From Chlamydiae bacterium RIFCSPHIGHO2_12_FULL_49_11 (lineage in GTDB: Bacteria; Chlamydiota; Chlamydiia; Chlamydiales; 2-12-FULL-49-11): a stretch of DNA of 16,281 nt. Numbering within the stretch: position 1 is the stretch's first letter; each line of letters starts with the position of its first letter. Under the pieces are notes generated by a model that saw nothing but the letters and a program-made list of their open reading frames with translations, did no database searches and was not told the DNA's origin. Shown in pieces: positions 8,784-14,802 of this stretch. The stretch is from contig MGLW01000042.1 in the NCBI GenBank assembly GCA_001794905.1, positions 1 through 16,281 of the forward strand, in the 5' to 3' direction. The translations under genes and the position numbers were made by a program.

Positions 8784-9890
8784 ATGCATGCAGTGCAAGG
8801 GTCTGAGCATTCTCCGAGTTGTCTTCATCATGGACGCCGCCTCCTTCTTGGTGCTGCCGCTTTGGCGAGTGCAGTATGGTTTGTCGTCATCGGAAGAGAA
8901 AAAACGGCATCTTCTTCAACCGGTATCATCCCGGTGAAGTGGCTTGAGCCGCGCATTAGAGATTGGGGATACCCTACTCTGCCCATGTGCCCTACTGCCC
9001 GTCTTACTCTGACGCGTTTTCCCATTCGGGATCTCTTGGAATTGTATCGGCAAGAATCGCTTTCCGGCCCTCATGCGCGCATCGCGAGTGCCTTTCCCGA
9101 GCTTACCCGACTGCTTGGAGAAAGCGGTGTGCGCGCCCTGGCGCGCGGCATATGCCTTCCTCTCCGTTTTCCGATAACCGGATATTATAAGGATTATACG
9201 AAGGAAAATTGTGCGGCCACCCTCAGACTTTTAGATGAAATGACCCGTCTCGATCAGGTCACTTTCTCGTTTGAGGAATTTGTACTTGATAGACACACCC
9301 TCAGATACCTTGAAAACCTGATAGGAAAAATCACTTGCAAGCGGTTAGTCCTCAGCAGGGATCCCGTTTTTGGTCGTTTCACCCGGGAAGAAGGAGAAAA
9401 AGCACGACTGCAGGAATTTCTTGCGAGGCTTGATATGGATAACACCATCGTTACTTCCGCTGGATTCTCTCCCGTGATAATAGCTCAATTACCCGCAGAA
9501 TATGTGCGGAATGCCGACCTCACCTTCCCTCACAACTATTATTTGCCGGATTGGGAACACTGGTTGCATGAGGCAGCAAACCTGAAAACGCTACGAATCT
9601 TCGTAGAGGATTTACATAAAGAGCCTGCAATTGCTTTGCCGCAGAACATACGAAAGCTTATTTTCCGTGACATGAAGGGTCACCCATCTCTCGCAAACAT
9701 CGATTCTTTGCCTGAATTGAAGACTCTCGGATGGGAATTTTCAGATCCGAACGCAAAAGGTGTGTCACTCGATACGCTGCCGTTAGAGAAGTTTCCCAAA
9801 CTAAGGGGAATTTATATCAAATTTGCGAGTGGAACCGTCATAGAAGTATCCCGCAAAGATTTAGAAGGCCTATCTGCGCCAAAGGGGTGA
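8784..9890 (+). CDS. Hypothetical protein, 368 aa, with N-terminal signal/anchor helix and degenerate LRR-like C-terminal region
   Basis: Long ORF; first ATG is at 8784. Hydrophobic segment RRLLLGAAALASAVWFVVIG. LxxLxL-like units NLKTLRI, NIRKLIF, LPELKTLGW and FPKLRGIYI. Confidence 0.7.
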   Translation: MHAVQGSEHSPSCLHHGRRLLLGAAALASAVWFVVIGREKTASSSTGIIPVKWLEPRIRDWGYPTLPMCPTARLTLTRFPIRDLLELYRQESLSGPHARIASAFPELTRLLGESGVRALARGICLPLRFPITGYYKDYTKENCAATLRLLDEMTRLDQVTFSFEEFVLDRHTLRYLENLIGKITCKRLVLSRDPVFGRFTREEGEKARLQEFLARLDMDNTIVTSAGFSPVIIAQLPAEYVRNADLTFPHNYYLPDWEHWLHEAANLKTLRIFVEDLHKEPAIALPQNIRKLIFRDMKGHPSLANIDSLPELKTLGWEFSDPNAKGVSLDTLPLEKFPKLRGIYIKFASGTVIEVSRKDLEGLSAPKG

Positions 9891-9894
9891 TGGA

Positions 9895-10431
9895 TTGCCG
9901 AAACGGTGTTTGGTAGTAAACCGGCTTGATGCCTATGATGCCGACTTTTTGGAACTGCGCATCGACCTGATGGAAAAGGTCGATCCACGCTCGGTTCAAA
10001 AATGGCTCGAAGGGAAAACGGTCATTTTAACCTATCGATCTCCCGTCGACGCCTCTTTGTTTCAAGAGCTCGCCCTACTTGATTTTGCTTACATCGATAT
10101 CGACATTCGCGATCTTTCGAATCTTCCTCCCAAATTGCCGCTGATTCTCTCTTATCATAACTTCCACTCGACTCCCGATCTCGATCCCCTCCTTGCCGAG
10201 ATGCGAACCATTCCCGCAGCAGTGTATAAAATTGCCTCATGGGCCGAATCTTTGGATGACAGCTTCCGCATGATCGAATTTGTGACGCAGAAATCGCAAG
10301 ACAATATTTGCATTACGGGGCTGACTATGGGCCCCTTCATGGGCCCGACCCGGTCTTTTACTTCCAACCCCGATACGTGGTGCATCTACGAATTTGCAAG
10401 CCCGGAGCTTGTCATGAATCGTTTAACATAG
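9895..10431 (+). CDS. aroD: Type I 3-dehydroquinate dehydratase, short (178 aa), stand-alone, with divergent or truncated C-terminus
   Basis: Motifs DFLELRID, ILTYR, YIDID, ILSYHNF (catalytic His), YKIA (Schiff-base Lys) and MGxxxxxxR. TTG start preceded by SD-like AAAGGGGTG (9881-9889). Confidence 0.85.
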   Translation: MPKRCLVVNRLDAYDADFLELRIDLMEKVDPRSVQKWLEGKTVILTYRSPVDASLFQELALLDFAYIDIDIRDLSNLPPKLPLILSYHNFHSTPDLDPLLAEMRTIPAAVYKIASWAESLDDSFRMIEFVTQKSQDNICITGLTMGPFMGPTRSFTSNPDTWCIYEFASPELVMNRLT

Positions 10432-11336
10432 AGAATTTGGTGGTCTTGAGACCCGATTCCTTCGGCAAGATAGGAGGCATATTCGTGTGCGATGAGTTTC
10501 ATGTAGCTTTCAATCAGCTTGTCGGAGAGGGCATAACCGTGTTTCCGATAGGTAGTAAGAAATTGCGTTACGAGGAGTTCAACCTCTTTTTTAGGCACGC
10601 CGTAATAACCAGCAAAGGCGCGCAGCATGAGGGTGAAGTGTGCAACATCGAGAGCTACAGGAGCCCCGTTCAACGAGGGATAGAGGGAGGAAAGATCAAT
10701 GAAAGTGATGCTTTTTCCGTCGAAGAAGATGTTGCCGGGATGGACATCTCCGTGGATGAGTCCATACGGCCCGGGTAAGGAAGAGGCAGGATAGAGCTTT
10801 TGATAGTAGGGAGCAGGAGTGGAAAACTTGTGGCTTGTGTGAAGCTCGGCAAGAGCAATAGCCGCCTCTTCCACTGCATCCTTGAGCGCCTCACGGCCTT
10901 CCGGAGTGCGGTCTTGGAGCCACCAGACCAGCGATTTTCCTGCAGCGGGCGTTTCGATGAGCATTCCCGTATTTTCTTTTACCCCAATGTAGGCAAGACG
11001 GGGGGTCCGGAACCGGTGAAAATGCTTCGATTGCACTACTTCAAATGCCCGCTTTTCCTGATAATAGTCTCTCTTTTCATCCTCTTTTTTCATATCAAGG
11101 GTCTTTAGAATAAAGACGGGCGTATCACCCTCTTTCAAAACGTAAATCCGGTCGGTTCGTCCCTCCTCGGCAAAATCCCCGGTTACCTGTCTTGCTTCCA
11201 TTTGCAGATGGGCATATCGGGGAGGAAGGGACCGAAGGAGCGGGCCATTTTCGACAGGGGAAAATCGGATTGCCGGACTGGCAAAATAGCTCCATAGCGG
11301 CAGCAGAAAAAGAGCGACAAGCTTTCTGAAAATCAT
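10386..11336 (-). CDS. APH/choline-kinase-like phosphotransferase (protein-kinase-like fold), 316 aa, with putative N-terminal signal peptide
   Basis: FILK (ATP-binding Lys), helix-C Glu (YQEK), LAELH, Brenner-type HGDVHPGN, FIDL and ALDVAHF. Start reassigned to ATG 11336 (MIFRKLVALFLLPLWSYFASPA), just below a strong promoter. Confidence 0.85.
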   Translation of the reverse strand: MIFRKLVALFLLPLWSYFASPAIRFSPVENGPLLRSLPPRYAHLQMEARQVTGDFAEEGRTDRIYVLKEGDTPVFILKTLDMKKEDEKRDYYQEKRAFEVVQSKHFHRFRTPRLAYIGVKENTGMLIETPAAGKSLVWWLQDRTPEGREALKDAVEEAAIALAELHTSHKFSTPAPYYQKLYPASSLPGPYGLIHGDVHPGNIFFDGKSITFIDLSSLYPSLNGAPVALDVAHFTLMLRAFAGYYGVPKKEVELLVTQFLTTYRKHGYALSDKLIESYMKLIAHEYASYLAEGIGSQDHQILYVKRFMTSSGLANS

Positions 11337-11342
11337 GACATA

Positions 11343-11371
11343 ATTATAACAACAATTTGCAAAAAACGCAA
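11343..11371 (-). promoter_or_regulatory. Sigma70/sigma66-type promoter for the phosphotransferase gene
   Basis: On the minus strand: TTGCGT (11371-11366), 17-nt spacer, TATAAT (11348-11343), with extended -10 TG. 6 nt to ATG 11336. Confidence 0.75.
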
Positions 11372-11454
11372 TAGTTTGAAACTTGTTTATTATTAACAAT
11401 TTAGGTACTTCAGCCTCACCTATCCCAAACGGCAAATAATATGTGGATAGGTTC

Positions 11455-11483
11455 TTGATCTTTTCTTTCATAAAAAATATACT
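11455..11483 (+). promoter_or_regulatory. Sigma70/sigma66-type promoter for dacA-ybbR-rsmE
   Basis: TTGATC (11455-11460), 17-nt spacer, TATACT (11478-11483). SD-like GAGTGG before ATG 11507. Confidence 0.7.
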
Positions 11484-11506
11484 GGGAAAAATTTGAGTGG
11501 ACGTCC

Positions 11507-12289
11507 ATGCATTACTTTTCGGCCGGCATAGAAATCCTCATCATCACTATTGTAATCAACTACCTCCTCTCCTTCTTCTGGAACACACGGTCGATGGATC
11601 TCATCTGGGGTGTGGCGTCTTTCATCATCCTTTTCGCCCTCACGAGCATCCTCTCCCTCCCCGTCCTCCATAGGCTCATGCTGCTTGTCACAAATGTCGC
11701 CGTAATCGCCATCATCATCATCTTCCAACCGGAAATCCGCGTTGCTCTTTCCAAACTGTCACTGAAAGGAAAAAGATATACCGAGGTGAGTGAATTCGAA
11801 TCGTTTCTCGACCAGCTTGCTAATTCGGTGTACCGGCTGAGTGACAAGCAAATCGGAGCATTGATCGTCCTTGAAAAAGACAACCGGTTGGACGATCTGG
11901 CACGGAAGGCAACGCCTCTCAAAGCTGAGTTTTCTTCGGAACTCCTGGAGAGCATCTTTTCCCGCTACGCCCCGCTACACGACGGCGCCGTCATCATCCG
12001 CGACAAAGAGGTCGTCGCCGCGTCGGTCATCTTGCCCCTTGCCGATGCGCCCCACATCCATAAATCATTTGGAACCAGGCACAGAGCCGCCGTCGGGATC
12101 ACCCTTACGACCGACGCGGTTGCCATCGTCGTCTCGGAAGAGACGGGACGCGTCTCAATCGCACGCGACGGCATCATCACACGCGGCATCAAAATGGACC
12201 GGTTCAAGGGAATCATCCGCAGCCTTTTCTCTACTGAAGCACCGGTGAAGAAGGAGCGCAGAACCTTTTGGGAGTGGCTGAAAACATGA
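11507..12289 (+). CDS. dacA: Membrane-bound diadenylate cyclase (CdaA/DacA), c-di-AMP synthase, 260 aa
   Basis: Three N-terminal hydrophobic helices, FQPEIR, GALIV, PLHDGAV (DGA motif), GTRHRAA (RHR motif) and VSEETG. Followed by ybbR. Confidence 0.97.
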   Translation: MHYFSAGIEILIITIVINYLLSFFWNTRSMDLIWGVASFIILFALTSILSLPVLHRLMLLVTNVAVIAIIIIFQPEIRVALSKLSLKGKRYTEVSEFESFLDQLANSVYRLSDKQIGALIVLEKDNRLDDLARKATPLKAEFSSELLESIFSRYAPLHDGAVIIRDKEVVAASVILPLADAPHIHKSFGTRHRAAVGITLTTDAVAIVVSEETGRVSIARDGIITRGIKMDRFKGIIRSLFSTEAPVKKERRTFWEWLKT

Positions 12290-13527
12290 GATCGCTCATT
12301 CAGAGAATTTTCTTCAACAATTGGCTGCGCAAACTCATTTCGCTCATCCTCTCCTTTGTCATCTGGTACATGGTATACCAATCGATGACAACGACCCGCA
12401 CCGTAGCATCGGTACCGATCCGCATCATAAACCTGCCCGACGGCAAAACGTTCCAGGGAATGCTTGCCAACGGCTATCTCAGCCGGAAAGTCAACCTATC
12501 GCTCACAGGACGCAAAATCGTCATTGAAGACGTGAGTCCGGCCGACCTGGAAGTGGTGATCGACGCGACCAAAGAGGTAATGAAAAGCTCCACCGTCCAG
12601 ATCGAAAAGCGGCACCTTGTTTCCTTCAACCCCAATTTCAACGTCGGGCGGCATCTTGCCAAAATAGATGCAAAACCGATCCATTTCAAAATGCTCCCCC
12701 TGGTCGAAGACCTGATTCCGGTACACGTCATGAAACCGATCGGCGAAGCGCCGCGCGGTTTCCAGTTCCTCGACATGTGGCCTTACCAGCTGAACTTGCG
12801 CGTTAAAGGACCGGAAGACGTGATCACAAGACTCAAGACAAAAGGGATCAAGCTCAACTTGAACTTGGCAGATGTGAGCAGCGAAAAGCTAGAAGAGATG
12901 ACGTATAACAAAAATAAACATGTCGTGAGCTATTTTGTCCCCGAAGAGTTCAAACAAGTCCTCCTTCCGGAACTATCGGACAAGCCAATTCCAATGACAG
13001 ACAAAGACGCCAAATTTTTGCGGATCGATTTCATCCGCTCGAAAAAAATTCCGATCCCCTTCCCGATCCCGGTGCAGCTCTACGTTGCTCCCGATTGCCC
13101 TCTCAACATTCCGTCGCAAAGCCTCTATATCGGAAATAGCGACATGATACAAAATATGAAAGGGTTGAAATATCTTGCCCCGACCGTTTACGCTCAAGGA
13201 GTCAGCGAGCTTTTCATTAAAATTGTGGCAAACATGATGACTCTATCGGTCAACCTCAACCTGCATGGTGATAGTCAAATCAGCTGGTCGATCCAGTTCA
13301 TCGATTCGCAACAACTCGAAGATCGGTACATCAATGCCATGCTCACCGAAGTGAAAGACATCGAACTCGAAGGGATGAACCCTAGGTGGCGCGAAGAGTA
13401 TCTCAGAAACCGTTTTCGCAATTACATGAACCGATTGGAGCTCATTACCGAAGGAGATCAGCCGCTTGATTTCAGGCTGGAAATGAAAGGAAAAGAAATC
13501 TGCCTCCTTCCGCCGGAAGCCAAATGA
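12286..13527 (+). CDS. ybbR: YbbR/CdaR-family regulator of diadenylate cyclase, 413 aa
   Basis: ATGA overlap with the dacA stop. N-terminal NNWLRKLISLILSFVIWYMV anchor. Beta-rich YbbR-like segments (VPIRIINLP, VNLSLTG, LRVKGPEDVI). Canonical position after dacA. Confidence 0.88.
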   Translation: MRSLIQRIFFNNWLRKLISLILSFVIWYMVYQSMTTTRTVASVPIRIINLPDGKTFQGMLANGYLSRKVNLSLTGRKIVIEDVSPADLEVVIDATKEVMKSSTVQIEKRHLVSFNPNFNVGRHLAKIDAKPIHFKMLPLVEDLIPVHVMKPIGEAPRGFQFLDMWPYQLNLRVKGPEDVITRLKTKGIKLNLNLADVSSEKLEEMTYNKNKHVVSYFVPEEFKQVLLPELSDKPIPMTDKDAKFLRIDFIRSKKIPIPFPIPVQLYVAPDCPLNIPSQSLYIGNSDMIQNMKGLKYLAPTVYAQGVSELFIKIVANMMTLSVNLNLHGDSQISWSIQFIDSQQLEDRYINAMLTEVKDIELEGMNPRWREEYLRNRFRNYMNRLELITEGDQPLDFRLEMKGKEICLLPPEAK

Positions 13528-14162
13528 AATCGATCCCCCGCGTATTTTTCAACCGGCCCCTTAGTGTGGGTGAAGTGCCTCGCTTGGAAGAAGACGAGCT
13601 GAAACACCTCAAAGTCCTCCGTGCAGAGAAAGGGACCCCGATCGAGCTTGTTGATGGAAAAGGGTCCCTTGCGCATGCCACCTTCCAAGGCCCCGTAACA
13701 AGAGTGGAATATCACCCTCCCCCGCCCCCGTCTACTCTTGTTGCCGGCGTCATCGAAATGCCGAAATTATCATGGGTGGTCGAAAAAGCATGTGAAATGG
13801 GCCTCTCGCGGCTTGTACTGTACCAGGCCGAAAAATCAAAATATATCTTGTCTTCAACCCATCGACTCGAGCGCCTCCTCATCTCCGCCCTCAAGCAATC
13901 AAAAAATCTTTATATCCCCGCCCTCACCCTTGCCACAACCCTGAATAATCTTGAGGCAGGAAAAACTTTTCTGGCAGACCCATCCGGCGTCCGGGCCGCA
14001 GCCAAGCTTCCGCCCGATTCAACCGTCCTTGTAGGTCCCGAGAGTGGCTTTTCCCCGAAGGAAAAAGCACAGATTCAACAGTATGCCAAAACGGTTTCCT
14101 TTGGCCAAGCTACCCTTCGCACCGAAACCGCAATGCTGATCGCTACATGGCTCATTACCTGA
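13524..14162 (+). CDS. rsmE: 16S rRNA m3U1498 methyltransferase (SPOUT fold), 212 aa
   Basis: HLKVLR, VEKACEMG, ALKQS, VGPESGFS and LRTETA motifs. ATGA overlap with ybbR. Confidence 0.93.
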   Translation: MKSIPRVFFNRPLSVGEVPRLEEDELKHLKVLRAEKGTPIELVDGKGSLAHATFQGPVTRVEYHPPPPPSTLVAGVIEMPKLSWVVEKACEMGLSRLVLYQAEKSKYILSSTHRLERLLISALKQSKNLYIPALTLATTLNNLEAGKTFLADPSGVRAAAKLPPDSTVLVGPESGFSPKEKAQIQQYAKTVSFGQATLRTETAMLIATWLIT

Positions 14163-14191
14163 TTGACAATATTATAATAATTAATTATTAT
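14163..14191 (+). promoter_or_regulatory. Near-consensus promoter with an overlapping 18-bp perfect palindrome
   Basis: TTGACA (14163-14168), 17-nt spacer, TATTAT (14186-14191). Palindrome ATAATAATTAATTATTAT at 14174-14191. SD AGGA before ATG 14215. Confidence 0.75.
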
Positions 14192-14214
14192 TAGTATCAT
14201 ATTTAGGAATCTTT

Positions 14215-14802
14215 ATGCAAGCCACGTCCCCTACAATGATAAACCCCATCCTCAACTCTTCGGAAGGGGTAATCTACATTCAAAACCCTGAAAAGGTGAA
14301 AAACGTCATTGATGGCGCAGGCCTCGGTTGTACCCATGCTTCAGGAATTTCCTTAAAAAATATTATTGATATCACCGGCTACATCCAAAACGGGAAAGTT
14401 AGAAGCCTTGAATCTAGTACGTATCGTCATTTTTTTCTTGGAGGTCTCCTTTTCATGGCAGTTGGTATCATCATCCTTCTCGCAGGCCTCGGAATCATAG
14501 CTCCCCCTTTACTTTTTGGCGTTATCCTCGGAGCTGTGATGGGAGCAGCAAGCCTGGGAATGATTATTTATTCCGTCAAAATCAAGGGGGAAGGCCCCAA
14601 AGCTCGGCAGCAGTGCGAACAAGACCGGGCTCGGGAATTAGTGGATGTGAAGAAAGATTTAATACGTGTGCGGGCTCTTCTCCAAATTCATTATGAGGGA
14701 GCGGAGGAAGTCTACCGCCGTGAACTCATCGGCGCCTGTGTTATGCTTGCCGGCCGCATAGAGAATGCCAGCTTAAAGAAGTTCTATTCCGATCTATTGT
14801 AA
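14215..14802 (+). CDS. Inc-like (inclusion membrane protein-like) hairpin membrane protein, 195 aa
   Basis: 49 consecutive uncharged, mostly hydrophobic residues (aa73-121) split centrally by Pro-Pro, followed by a charged helical or coiled-coil-like tail. No Sec signal. Has its own promoter and SD. Confidence 0.7.
   Translation: MQATSPTMINPILNSSEGVIYIQNPEKVKNVIDGAGLGCTHASGISLKNIIDITGYIQNGKVRSLESSTYRHFFLGGLLFMAVGIIILLAGLGIIAPPLLFGVILGAVMGAASLGMIIYSVKIKGEGPKARQQCEQDRARELVDVKKDLIRVRALLQIHYEGAEEVYRRELIGACVMLAGRIENASLKKFYSDLL

Noticed and set aside
10386-11336. Phosphotransferase as a non-orthologous replacement for the missing shikimate kinase
   Set aside because: The only support is proximity. 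It is convergent to aroD, has its own promoter and has an apparent export signal.
11337-11471. Longer start for the kinase ORF (also the longer starts at 8709 for the LRR-like gene and 12268 for ybbR)
   Set aside because: The extensions run through AT-rich promoter DNA or the upstream gene. The downstream ATGs fit promoter position or ATGA coupling better.
11468-11728. Highly acidic ORF (MEDDDDGD...)
   Set aside because: Antisense artefact of the ATC/CTC/TTC-rich codons encoding the DacA transmembrane helices.
447-12289. Giant NTase plus nearby diadenylate cyclase as a CBASS-like cyclic-nucleotide defence system
   Set aside because: dacA-ybbR is a housekeeping pair ~5 kb away in a separate operon. 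No Cap effector or ancillary genes are adjacent, and the NTase motifs look closer to TENT5 than to cGAS/DncV.
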